A DNA stretch of 44,315 nt, taken from contig CAZRFI010000004.1 of the NCBI GenBank assembly GCA_964598905.1, positions 1 to 44,315 on the forward strand, written 5' to 3'. The notes below the pieces were generated by a model that did no database searches, was not told the DNA's origin, and was given only the letters and a program-made list of their open reading frames with translations. Below, piece by piece: positions 32,122-41,406 of this stretch. The translations under genes were made by a program, and so were the position numbers. How positions within the stretch are numbered: position 1 is the first letter of the stretch; each line of letters opens with the position of its first letter. Origin of the DNA: an uncultured Candidatus Sericytochromatia bacterium. Its GTDB lineage: Bacteria > Cyanobacteriota > Sericytochromatia > UBA7694.

Positions 32122-33273
32122 TTAAACAAAGCGGTCGGTAAAGCGAATGAGCTTGCCCAGGGCACTCTGGGGCTTGGTTTGCATCTCGTGAATCAGCCCT
32201 AGCCAGCCACTTTTTTGCAATTTGGCGGCCATTTTGCGGTAGCCTTCGCCATAGATCGGGTTGGGGTCTTGGGCCAGACGCTGATGCAAGACCCCTGCCA
32301 GCGGCGTGCCATCGTTTTGGTAGACCAGGGCCGTGGCCAGATTGCAAAAACCTTCGATCTCTCTTTCGCCCCAAACATCGTTGCGTTTTTTTTCGTTGAG
32401 CCAGACATGCAAGAGTTCATGGGCCAAGACGCCCATAAACTGCAGGCGGGGCAGGCCATAGAGGATAAAAATACTGTGTTCTTGCAATTTGCCTTGGCCG
32501 AGCACTTCGCGTATCAAAGTTTTGGTAAAACCGTGGCTATTGGCGTTGCGCCCGACCCCCAGGCGCTGCTGCAGGGTACGCTGATCGGCCAAACTGACGG
32601 CGATGTACTGCGGGATATAGTCAAAACCCACGGCCTGTAATTGTTGCAGCACACTTTGGCGGGCATGTTCGATCTGGGCTGGGGTGGTAATTTCGGTCAT
32701 TTGGCAAATGCCGCAGACAATCCGGCCATCGCCGTATTTGACACCCCCTTGGGAGGTCTTTTCGGAGATCAGCCGGGCGCAGACATGGCATTGCAAGGTG
32801 GGCAGACCGCCGTGGTGGGGGTGCAATTTGTGCCCCCAGAGATCCTGGAGAAATTGTCCCACAATCGGTTGGGCACAGCCATCACAGCGGGGGGCTCTGT
32901 GTTCGGCATAACAGGCCGTGTGATAGACGTGCCCTTCGGGGTCGCGGGTATATTGGCCCGTTAACTCACCCCCACAGACTTCACACTGTTCTTGGTAATG
33001 GGCTTGGTAACAGGCCTCGTGAAGTTTTTTTCCGTCCAGGGTCAGCCACGTGGCGCCGAGGGGTTCTTGGCAATGGGCACAATTGAGCTTAAAGCGCTGC
33101 TGGCTGCAATGGGGGTGGTAGAGTTTGTTGTCTTTGAGGCGGTATTCTTCGCCCAAGGGGGCTTGGCAATGATTGCAGCAAAAACAAGCGGGATGAAACA
33201 AATGCGCTTCAGCGCGCACATATTGTTTGCCCAGCGGGGCCTGGCAGCGATTGCAGCGTTTAACCGGGGGCAC
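32122..33273 (-). CDS. LIM-type zinc-finger repeats fused to a DA1-like (HExxH) peptidase domain
   Basis: GTG start with AGAGGAAAG upstream. Several C-x2-C-x17-H-x2-C-x2-C-x2-C-x17-H-x2-C units (CNRC...HPAC..CNHC...HPHC and others). C-terminal 'AHELLHVWL' parallels the plant DA1 'HEMMHAWL' motif. Confidence 0.8.
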   Translation of the reverse strand: MPPVKRCNRCQAPLGKQYVRAEAHLFHPACFCCNHCQAPLGEEYRLKDNKLYHPHCSQQRFKLNCAHCQEPLGATWLTLDGKKLHEACYQAHYQEQCEVCGGELTGQYTRDPEGHVYHTACYAEHRAPRCDGCAQPIVGQFLQDLWGHKLHPHHGGLPTLQCHVCARLISEKTSQGGVKYGDGRIVCGICQMTEITTPAQIEHARQSVLQQLQAVGFDYIPQYIAVSLADQRTLQQRLGVGRNANSHGFTKTLIREVLGQGKLQEHSIFILYGLPRLQFMGVLAHELLHVWLNEKKRNDVWGEREIEGFCNLATALVYQNDGTPLAGVLHQRLAQDPNPIYGEGYRKMAAKLQKSGWLGLIHEMQTKPQSALGKLIRFTDRFV

Positions 33274-33461
33274 AGATCTTTCCTCTTTGCATTTTGCCTG
33301 ATCATAACAGAGTGAGCGGTTTTTTTTCCAGTTTTCTGGGTCTGATCTTCTGTCAGGTTGGATTTGAATCTCGGGGGCTTGGGTATAATAAAAAGAGTAC
33401 AGTTATTATTTTCTTTAAGGGATCAAACAAAGCGCGTCTAAGCGGCGTTTTGGGGCGAAAG

Positions 33462-34217
33462 ATGCGAGACATACAGACCATTCAGGCCGATATGAAGGCT
33501 ACGCGTGAGCAAAATTTGGCTTTGGCCAAAGAGTGTACCCTGGTGGCCCAGGGCTTTTTGCTAGAGGCCCAGCGCCAAGGTTTTGCGGATCCAAAGCCGC
33601 TCAAACAAGCTGCCCATTATTTTCTCAAGGCCCTCGAACGCCACCACCGCCACCTCGATGCCTATCTGGGGCTGGCCTTTCTCTCGGCTTTGCTTAATCA
33701 ATACGACAAAGCCAAACAATTGCTCGAACAGGCCAAGGCGATCAATCCCGATGACAAACGCATTGCACCTTTGGAACATGAAGTGTCCCGTTTGATTGAA
33801 ATTGGTGTTGACCCGCGTGCCGAAGCCCGTGCGATGATGGCGCGCTTGAAAAAGAAACGCGAGGCCGCCAAGGCCGAACGCGAGATGCCGCTTTCGAAGG
33901 TGGGGAGTCTGCGCTCACAGTACGAAGACGAAGACGCACTGCTGGAACGTTTTAAGAAACGGCGTGAACAGAGCGATGGGGCCATCAGTGGGCTTGAAAG
34001 TGTCAGATTGCTGTTTGAAGATTCTGAGCAGACGGCTGATTGTACGGCTGATTGTGATGACGAGGATTATGATGACGAGGATTATGATGACGATGCTGAC
34101 AATCTCGATGAAACAGGGGATGACGCGCTTCCCCTGCAACCTGAGGACTTGTCTGGATTTTCGGCTGAATTTTCGGCCGAATTTGAAATGATAGATTTTG
34201 ATGGAGAGGATGATTAA
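33462..34217 (+). CDS. Small TPR-like protein with a K/R/E-rich helix and a highly acidic tail
   Basis: ATG at 33462 (the track ORF starts earlier). 'AAHYFLKALERHHRHLDAYLGLAFLSALLNQYDKAKQLLEQAKAINPDD' fits the TPR consensus. Tail is DCDDEDYDDEDYDDDADNLDETGDD. The stop lies 5 nt before the likely start of the giant gene. Confidence 0.65.
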   Translation: MRDIQTIQADMKATREQNLALAKECTLVAQGFLLEAQRQGFADPKPLKQAAHYFLKALERHHRHLDAYLGLAFLSALLNQYDKAKQLLEQAKAINPDDKRIAPLEHEVSRLIEIGVDPRAEARAMMARLKKKREAAKAEREMPLSKVGSLRSQYEDEDALLERFKKRREQSDGAISGLESVRLLFEDSEQTADCTADCDDEDYDDEDYDDDADNLDETGDDALPLQPEDLSGFSAEFSAEFEMIDFDGEDD

Positions 34218-34221
34218 CAGG

Positions 34222-37200
34222 ATGCGTATTGAAGGCAGCCGACTGATAACAGATCAAAACAGCCTGGTTAAAAACGACCAAAACCAAGTAACGGGGGTCA
34301 AAACACCCCAGGGCAAAGAAGTGGCTGTCACCGATGCCAGCAAATTGCCCGCTCAAGTCGCCAAAGGCGATTTATTTGTCAAGGTCGGCAATCAGGTGGT
34401 GCAGCTCACCCTGAGTGAACCCGCTTCCCGCGCCGAATTGCTGGACGCCCTCTACCAGGCGATTGGCGAAGTGCCAGCCGAAGAAATGCAGCTCAAAGAG
34501 GGGCTGATCAACACCTATCTCAACGCCGCCAAGGGCCAGGGCAATGTGCCCACCGGCAGTGCCTTGGCCACCCGTGTGGCTGAACTTGAGCAGAAACTGG
34601 CTCCCCCCACTCGCTCCCTGAGCGGAGCCGAAGGGAGTGAGTACCCGCCTAAAACCGAAGCACATGCGCCTCCCCCCCGAAATCCTTTGACCGAGGCCTT
34701 TACCAAATACCTGGCGGCACACCACCCTGGTCTGCGGGTCGAAATGGCCCATATTGAACATGCCTTGCACGATATCCACACTGGCCTCCACGATCCCAAA
34801 CAGGCGGGCAAGCTCGTGGAAGGACTGGGGCAGTTGATTATCTCGATGGAACATTCAGGGGAACATTTTCCTCAGATCAAAGAGGCCATTGAGCACAGCC
34901 TTCAGCCCATGCTTGCCAAAATGGATCAAAACCCCAAAACCAAGGCCCTCAAGAGCATCATTGAAAAAACCTTCTTTGATCCCAAAAGTGCCGCAGATTC
35001 CATGGGCCGGATCAAACATTTGGCGGTCTTGCTCAATGGCAAAGCTGAGCTCAAAGACATGCGTGCCGTGTTTGAGGTGCTCAATACCTATGGGGGTGAG
35101 ATCAAAGCGCTGCTGCCCGAAAACTCCCGCCAGGCCATCGAAAAGCTCGAACTGCGTTTTGGGGCTGAATTGCCCAAGATCGTCAAAAGTTTCTTGCCAA
35201 TGATGGAAAACGCCGACTTCTCCAAAGCGGTGCTCAAATTTGTCTTTGCCTCCGACAATATTGGCCGCACAGCGGCAGTCATGAACTTTATGAACGCCGT
35301 TGGCAAAACCGTGCTCAAAGACAGCCCGAGCTTTAATGCCGTGGCCAAATTCCTCAAGATGGATACCTACGAGGAAGCGGCCTGGGGCAAAGCGCTGAAG
35401 TCCACAGCTCTGCCCTCCGAACGCGGCGCGGCGATGGTGGAATTGGCCAAAATCTACCAGATGAAAGCCGCCCAATTTGCGCTTGAAAGTGGCTCACTGC
35501 AGATGTCCGACGAGGTCTTTGCACGCATGGGCATCGCCAAACCAGCGGGCAAAACCGGCGAAGAAGCGGCTGCGCTGATGCAAAAAGACGCGCAAAAACT
35601 GATGGCTGCTATGGGTCTCAACGAGCCCGAGGCCTTCTTGGCGATGATGAAAAAATTCGATGGCGATGCAGCCCAGGCCGGTCTGGATATTCCCAGCAGG
35701 ATGGCCGCTGAGGTCGCAGATACCATGGGCAAAATGGGCGCTACAACGTCCAAAGAGGCGATTGACCTGATGGGAGCCCTCGGGGCCAAAAATGGCGAAG
35801 AGGCAGTCAAGTTTATCGAAGAACTGGGCCTCAAAGGCCAACCTGCAAGTGAGACCCTGGCGCTCTTAAACCAATTTGCGCCCAAAAAAGCCGAAGAAAT
35901 TCTGCACCTGATGCACGAGCTCAAAACCCCCGATCTCAAGCAGACCTTGGCGAAAATCAAGGACCTGGGTGTGAGCAATGGCGAAGACGCGGCGAAGATT
36001 CTCAAGACCCTGGGGGTTGAAAGTGTCGAAGACGCAAGCCAAATCATGAAAAAATTGGGTGCATCTTCGCTCGCAGAAGCCGCAGAGCTGATGACCCAAC
36101 TCGGGGCAAAAACCCCCGATGAAGCCGTTGCCTTGATCAAAAAACTGGCCCCCAATATGCCCAAAGCCCAATTGCTCAAAACCTTGCAAGAACTCAATGT
36201 CGATGGCAAAGGCGCTTTGCGCCTGATGGAAAAAATGGGCGCCACTGATCTTGTGCAAGTTTACAGTCTGTTTAAGCAGGTCGGCGCCAAAACCGCCGAT
36301 GAGGTGCTTGAACAGTTTACCCGCTTGCAGTCGATGGGTGACTTTAAGGGTCGCAACATACAAACCGCCCAGGAAGCAAGCCATTTCCTGTCCAACAAAG
36401 GCATCAACAAACCCGAAGACCTGGCCAAAGCCCTGGGCGGTATCAGCGCTTCGGATGCTGTTTCGGTGATGAAACGCCTGGGAGCGAAAAATATCCTGGC
36501 AGCTGAAGAGGCCCTCAAGCAATTGGAGCCTTTTGGGATTAAAAATGGCAATGATGCTGTCAAGCTGATCGACCAACTCAAGCTTGGCAATGCCCGCGAA
36601 GCGGCAGAGATGATGCAAAAGCTGGGGGCCACCAGTTCAGACGATCTGGGTGCACTCTTGGCCAAGTTGGGCCTGTCAGACAATCCCAAACCGGCAGAAG
36701 CTGCCGTTGAGCTGTTGGGCAAACTCAAAGCCACAGGCATGAAAGCCGCTGATGTCGTCGCTGCGATGGACAAACTCAAGATCGCCTCACCCGAGCAGGC
36801 CGAAAAACTGGTCTCTAAACTGGGTGTGAGTAATCTGGGGGATGCTGCCAGTGCGATGCAGCGCCTGGGTTTTGGCAATGTCGAAACCGCGATTGAACAG
36901 ATGGGCCGCCTCGGTGTGAAAAATGCCGACGAAGCCGTCGCCCTGCTCAAAACCCTGGAGGTCAGCTCGGTCTCTGATGCGCTCAAACAGGTCGAAACCC
37001 TGGGGGTGGGCACCGCCAAAGAGGTGCCTGAGACCCTGGCCAAATTGGGGGTGAAATCTGTCGAGGAGGCTACAGCTCTGACCAAGACCCTCAAGCTCGA
37101 TTCGGTCGCCACCATGCTCAAAGAGGCCGAAAAACTGGGGGTCAAAGCCAAAGAACTGCCCGACATTCTCGCCCGCCTCGGGCTCGATAATGCCGATCAG

Positions 37201-40200
37201 GCCGCGAAGGCCCTGACCGATCTCAAGGCCCCCGATGTCAAAACAGCGATGGCCTTAATGGACAAGGCCCACGCCAAGAATGTCACTGAAGCCCTCGGCA
37301 TGATGGCCGAACTCAAGGTTGGCAGCCTTGATGAAGCGGCGGGCCTGGGCGGAAAATACGCAGGCACGGTCGGTGAGAGTATGCGTGCAATCGATGCCAT
37401 GGGTGAAAAAGTCAGCCCCGAGACCCGCGAGGCCATGAAAGGTCTGTTGACCAAAATTGTGGCCGAGCACCCGGATATGACCGCCAAGGAAGTCAGTGAG
37501 ACCCTGGTGGCCCTGGAAAAACTCGGCCTGCAAAATGCCGACAATGCCCTCTCCGTTCTCGCCCATATGCCCCCCGATGTTGCCGCCAAAATGCTCAAGA
37601 CCAAACAGGGACTCAACGTGCTCGTGCATGTGGCCGACAAAGTTGCACCGTTTTTGCTCGAAAAAATGACCCGTGCCGGGGAATCCGCAGGCAAAGCGAT
37701 GTTGACCCTGGCACCGCGCTTGGCTTCGTCTGTGATGAAGGTGGTGCCCGCCATTGGCGCCTATCCCGCAGCCAAAGATGCCGTGCGTTTGAACACGATT
37801 GCCATGACCGGCAGTTTTACCGATGAGAAAGGGGTCACCACGGCTTACCCCAATCGCGAAGTGCGGGCCTTGGCACTGCTCGGATCGACCACCAATGGGG
37901 CAGATGCGCTTTTGGCCATGGTCGAAGGCGCTGGCATTGGCAATGTGGCGCTGCCTCTGCAATTGGGCCTGGCAGCCGGTTCACTTACGCTCGATCTGAT
38001 GGTGGAGTATTACAAAGACCACCCCGAAGAAATGTCTCCCCAGTTCAAAGGGGCGATCAAAGCGGCCACAATGATGGCCAGTTTCGTCAATCCCCAGGCT
38101 GTGACCTTTGCCAAAGAGCAATATGGGGCTCAGGACTTTGGCGATCGCATGGGTCTGCTCTACGATGGACTCAAAGAGGCGGGGCTGCAAGGGGATCACC
38201 TCACCAATGCGATCAAACTCGCCATTCATGCCACCAAAGACCCCGGTGATCTCGACAAGGCGATTGTCGCTTTGGGCAAAAAGAGCAAAGATATGGCCGT
38301 GAGTGCTGCGACATGGGCCTTTGAAACGGGCAAAGCCAAGCTCGGCCAATTGGCTGGCTGGGTGGGAGAGACCAAGGCCTATGAGATGGCGGTGGATTTG
38401 GTTAAGCAGGGCAAAGCAGGTGCTGCTGACCTGATCTCAGCCTTTGGCAAGACCAAAGCTGTGAGCATGATGGTCGATCTGGTCAAGTCTGGCGCAGTTA
38501 AAATGGCTGACCTGGCCAAAGGTTTTGAAAAACTGGCAGCTGATGAAATCGTGCTCTTTACTGAATGTATGATCGATGCTGGAAAACAGCTGGGCAAGGG
38601 CCTGGCCGAGGTCGGCAAAGACATGGCAGATATGGCTCTCAAGCTCGGAGACAAAGCGCTGCAGAGCAAAATGATGCAGGGCATTCTGACCTTTGCCCAA
38701 AACAACGCGGTCTATTATGGTGAAATGGCCAAATATGCCATCAAAAGCTTTGTCGAAAGTGGCATTGATGTCGCGGATACGATTGTAGACTTTGCCGCCA
38801 AAGGGGGAGCGGCGGCGGCTGACCTCGTCAATCGGGGCCTGACAGCCATCGACCAATCCAAATTGGGTGAGGTCGGCAAAAAAGCCTATCAGGCAATTAA
38901 AACGGGGATTGAGGGCTTTCTCAATCCGGTGCTCAAAAATGCCGATGAGGTCGCCCAACTTGCTCAAAAACTGGGCCTGAGTCCCGATGCTGCAGCCGGG
39001 CTGCGCAAAGTTATTGGGCATCTCGACCCCGAAGATGTCGGCCCAGCTCTCAAAGCTCTTGAAAAAGTCGGGGCTGAACATATCGACGACGTGCTGCGGG
39101 TGATGTCGTATCTGCCTGCGGGTGTGGTTTCTAAAGCGTTTAAATATGCGCCAGGAATTATGACCGACTTCTCGACCATGCTGGTCAAGGCCGTCAGCAG
39201 CAAACTCGGCAAAGCAGCGCTGAAGTCTCCCGAATTGCTGGCCAAAATGGCGGGTAAAATTGGCGCAGGCCTGGGCAAAGCCATTCCTGCTGTTGGGATT
39301 GCCATTTCTGCCTATGATACGGGGCGCTGTGCTTCGATTTTTGCCACAGGCAATGGTTTTGATTTATTTACCCTTGAAACAAAAGAGTATAAAAGTGCCC
39401 ATGCGCGGGGGTTGGCCGCGATGTTGACTCTGACCAATGGAGCCGATACCATTTTGGGCATTGCTGATTTTATCCCCGGTGTGAATGCCGGTTCCGTGGC
39501 TGCTGGCGTGGGTCTTGCTGTGACCAGCACCGTGCTCGACATCACCATGGACTATATTGAAGATAATCCGGGTGCAATTTACGAAGAGCCCTTGGCTTCT
39601 TTCCGTTCGACGATTGAAATTGGCTCGATGGCGGCAGCGGCGGCCATGGGGGCTCCAGCCTTGTACAAAATGATCAAACTCTACGGCGCCAGTGCTGAAG
39701 ATGCGGGCAAAGCGGTTGCTCAGGCCTTGATCCGCAGTACCAAAAATCCAATAGATATTGGTAAGACCATGGATGAATTGCATAAGATGATAGAGCGCGA
39801 TTCCGGCGTATTTTTTGGTGATGATATGGTTCGGGGCATGTTTAAAGAATTAAAGGCCCAAGGAGTCACCTTTAAAGAGCTGATGAACCCATCGGGCAGG
39901 CCCAATCCCTATGAGGGAGGGGGAACCTTGCCTCCTCTCAAGAATCTTTCAGTTGATTTGCTCATGAATAATCTCAAAGGGGGTTGGACCACTGACGAGG
40001 AGTTTGATTACCTCGATCAGATCGCTGAAGTTGCTCCCAATTCCAGCCGGGTTAAAATGCTGGACCGGATCTTGGGAGACTTCATTGTGGGTGACCGCTC
40101 AGAGCAATTGATTACCAAGCTCTTGCCCAAAGATTCAGCCGAATTAAACAAGGTCTTGCGCCAGCTCAGCAACGAGAAATTGGCCAATTTGGGCTCGCTG

Positions 40201-41346
40201 CTCAGCGATAACCAAACCCGCCTTAACGATATCTTCAGGCGAATTGCCGATACCGACTCTGAAGAGAAATTCAGGGCCTTTACCAAAAATCTCTCGGTCG
40301 ATCAGCTCGACAAAGCAGCCACAGCCATGATTGGGGCCGGGGGCCGACTCAGCGACAATGAGCGCTTTATGCTCTTTGAACGGGCCGTGGCCAAAGGCAA
40401 TTTTGAATTGATGGACAAAATGCTCAATGGTACAGGTGGCATGGGCCGTGTGACCGACAAAGCCACACAACAGAAAATGATTGGCCTGCTCTCCAAAGAC
40501 ATCAATAATTTCATGAGCCTCTTGGGCGGATCTGCCAATACCAAAGCTGGGAAGATTTCCTCTTGGGTGCTGGCGTATGGCTCTCAAAGCCAGATTGATC
40601 AGGTCTTCCAGAATGTCAACAACACGTATAAGTCCTGGTTTGGCAATGGTGGAGAAATTGTCAAACGGGCGATCGACTTTGCCCGCAGCAATGGCATGCA
40701 GCCTTCAGAGCTGAGTGGCAAACTCTCTTTGCCCACACTTAAGGCGATGGTGGGCAATCTCAACGGCACCTGGACCAAGATGTTTGGCGATTACAAGAGC
40801 AATATGGAGTATGTCGGTTATTTGGCCCAGATGACCGACGTCAATGGCAAAGCTGAGATCGTCAAAAACCTGATGGACGGCTGGACACCGGGTGAAGCGG
40901 AGGCCCTGATCGAGAAGATCTATGCCGAGACCACCGATCCCAAACAGTTCACCCAATTGATCGACAAAGTCGGCCCCGAACGCATTGCGACTGAAATGGG
41001 CGATGACAGCCTGTCTTATTCCGACCGCGTGCGTGTGGGCCGGATTATGGCCTTTGTGGTTGAGCGTTATCAGGGGGCCCACAGCAGCACGGGGCGCGCA
41101 GGCAAAGACGTGCTCAAAGCGATTATGGGCACCTGGAGCAATATGAGCATTATGACCGACGATTTTATCGAACACATGGTCACACAGCTCGAAAAAGACG
41201 GCAAATTGGGCCAATTGCGCAGTGTGGGTCGTGACACCATCGATCTGATGATCGACTGGGCCAATGATGCCTTCAGAGACGGCAATGTAATGGATTTGGA
41301 TGCCTCCACCGAGGCGGCATTGACCAAATTGCGAGCCCAGCGCTAA
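34222..41346 (+). CDS. Giant (about 2,375 aa) repeat protein: about 35-40 tandem 15-residue helical repeats, then two copies of a hydrophobic ~110-aa module and a helical C-terminal region
   Basis: Uninterrupted 7.1-kb ORF (track from 34198). The ATG at 34222 has GGAGAGGA about 12 nt upstream and follows the upstream stop. Repeats are of the type LGVKNADEAVALLKT/LGVESVEDASQIMKK. Duplicated module with PA[IV]G...TNGAD...LD[LI].[VM].Y..D.P. No family recognised. Confidence 0.85.
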   Translation: MRIEGSRLITDQNSLVKNDQNQVTGVKTPQGKEVAVTDASKLPAQVAKGDLFVKVGNQVVQLTLSEPASRAELLDALYQAIGEVPAEEMQLKEGLINTYLNAAKGQGNVPTGSALATRVAELEQKLAPPTRSLSGAEGSEYPPKTEAHAPPPRNPLTEAFTKYLAAHHPGLRVEMAHIEHALHDIHTGLHDPKQAGKLVEGLGQLIISMEHSGEHFPQIKEAIEHSLQPMLAKMDQNPKTKALKSIIEKTFFDPKSAADSMGRIKHLAVLLNGKAELKDMRAVFEVLNTYGGEIKALLPENSRQAIEKLELRFGAELPKIVKSFLPMMENADFSKAVLKFVFASDNIGRTAAVMNFMNAVGKTVLKDSPSFNAVAKFLKMDTYEEAAWGKALKSTALPSERGAAMVELAKIYQMKAAQFALESGSLQMSDEVFARMGIAKPAGKTGEEAAALMQKDAQKLMAAMGLNEPEAFLAMMKKFDGDAAQAGLDIPSRMAAEVADTMGKMGATTSKEAIDLMGALGAKNGEEAVKFIEELGLKGQPASETLALLNQFAPKKAEEILHLMHELKTPDLKQTLAKIKDLGVSNGEDAAKILKTLGVESVEDASQIMKKLGASSLAEAAELMTQLGAKTPDEAVALIKKLAPNMPKAQLLKTLQELNVDGKGALRLMEKMGATDLVQVYSLFKQVGAKTADEVLEQFTRLQSMGDFKGRNIQTAQEASHFLSNKGINKPEDLAKALGGISASDAVSVMKRLGAKNILAAEEALKQLEPFGIKNGNDAVKLIDQLKLGNAREAAEMMQKLGATSSDDLGALLAKLGLSDNPKPAEAAVELLGKLKATGMKAADVVAAMDKLKIASPEQAEKLVSKLGVSNLGDAASAMQRLGFGNVETAIEQMGRLGVKNADEAVALLKTLEVSSVSDALKQVETLGVGTAKEVPETLAKLGVKSVEEATALTKTLKLDSVATMLKEAEKLGVKAKELPDILARLGLDNADQAAKALTDLKAPDVKTAMALMDKAHAKNVTEALGMMAELKVGSLDEAAGLGGKYAGTVGESMRAIDAMGEKVSPETREAMKGLLTKIVAEHPDMTAKEVSETLVALEKLGLQNADNALSVLAHMPPDVAAKMLKTKQGLNVLVHVADKVAPFLLEKMTRAGESAGKAMLTLAPRLASSVMKVVPAIGAYPAAKDAVRLNTIAMTGSFTDEKGVTTAYPNREVRALALLGSTTNGADALLAMVEGAGIGNVALPLQLGLAAGSLTLDLMVEYYKDHPEEMSPQFKGAIKAATMMASFVNPQAVTFAKEQYGAQDFGDRMGLLYDGLKEAGLQGDHLTNAIKLAIHATKDPGDLDKAIVALGKKSKDMAVSAATWAFETGKAKLGQLAGWVGETKAYEMAVDLVKQGKAGAADLISAFGKTKAVSMMVDLVKSGAVKMADLAKGFEKLAADEIVLFTECMIDAGKQLGKGLAEVGKDMADMALKLGDKALQSKMMQGILTFAQNNAVYYGEMAKYAIKSFVESGIDVADTIVDFAAKGGAAAADLVNRGLTAIDQSKLGEVGKKAYQAIKTGIEGFLNPVLKNADEVAQLAQKLGLSPDAAAGLRKVIGHLDPEDVGPALKALEKVGAEHIDDVLRVMSYLPAGVVSKAFKYAPGIMTDFSTMLVKAVSSKLGKAALKSPELLAKMAGKIGAGLGKAIPAVGIAISAYDTGRCASIFATGNGFDLFTLETKEYKSAHARGLAAMLTLTNGADTILGIADFIPGVNAGSVAAGVGLAVTSTVLDITMDYIEDNPGAIYEEPLASFRSTIEIGSMAAAAAMGAPALYKMIKLYGASAEDAGKAVAQALIRSTKNPIDIGKTMDELHKMIERDSGVFFGDDMVRGMFKELKAQGVTFKELMNPSGRPNPYEGGGTLPPLKNLSVDLLMNNLKGGWTTDEEFDYLDQIAEVAPNSSRVKMLDRILGDFIVGDRSEQLITKLLPKDSAELNKVLRQLSNEKLANLGSLLSDNQTRLNDIFRRIADTDSEEKFRAFTKNLSVDQLDKAATAMIGAGGRLSDNERFMLFERAVAKGNFELMDKMLNGTGGMGRVTDKATQQKMIGLLSKDINNFMSLLGGSANTKAGKISSWVLAYGSQSQIDQVFQNVNNTYKSWFGNGGEIVKRAIDFARSNGMQPSELSGKLSLPTLKAMVGNLNGTWTKMFGDYKSNMEYVGYLAQMTDVNGKAEIVKNLMDGWTPGEAEALIEKIYAETTDPKQFTQLIDKVGPERIATEMGDDSLSYSDRVRVGRIMAFVVERYQGAHSSTGRAGKDVLKAIMGTWSNMSIMTDDFIEHMVTQLEKDGKLGQLRSVGRDTIDLMIDWANDAFRDGNVMDLDASTEAALTKLRAQR
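34599..34637 (+). repeat. Short dispersed element, copy B (GGCTCCCCCCA-ctc-GCTCCCTGAGCGGAGCCGAAGGGAG), inside the second giant CDS
   Basis: See copy A. It is on the same chromosomal strand, so its orientation relative to the host ORF is opposite. Confidence 0.85.
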
Positions 41347-41354
41347 AACGAGCT

Positions 41355-41390
41355 AAAAAAGGGAGAAAGCCTTTCGGCCTTCTCCCTTTG
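41355..41390. terminator. Bidirectional rho-independent terminator between convergent genes
   Basis: AAAAAAGGGAGAAAGCC-tttc-GGCCTTCTCCCTTT. 13 of 14 stem positions pair. An A-run lies 5' and a T-run 3'. It sits between the stops at 41346 (+) and 41407 (-). Confidence 0.7.
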
Positions 41391-41406
41391 AAAGTGTTTA
41401 AAGGGC

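Noticed and set aside
32114-32374. N-terminal extension of the M20 amidohydrolase ORF (track 30935..32374, 479 aa).
   Set aside because: The extension overlaps the 3' end of the LIM/DA1-like gene in another frame and translates to Arg/Pro/Gly-rich nonsense. The conserved M20 N-terminus (…LRRILHMQPEL…) begins right after the ATGs at 32113 and 32089.
38141-38148. Cyanobacterial HIP1 (GCGATCGC) enrichment as a taxonomic clue.
   Set aside because: I found only one exact GCGATCGC plus a handful of partial CGATCG sites in 44 kb. This is not the density expected for HIP1-rich cyanobacterial genomes, so no taxonomic claim is made.
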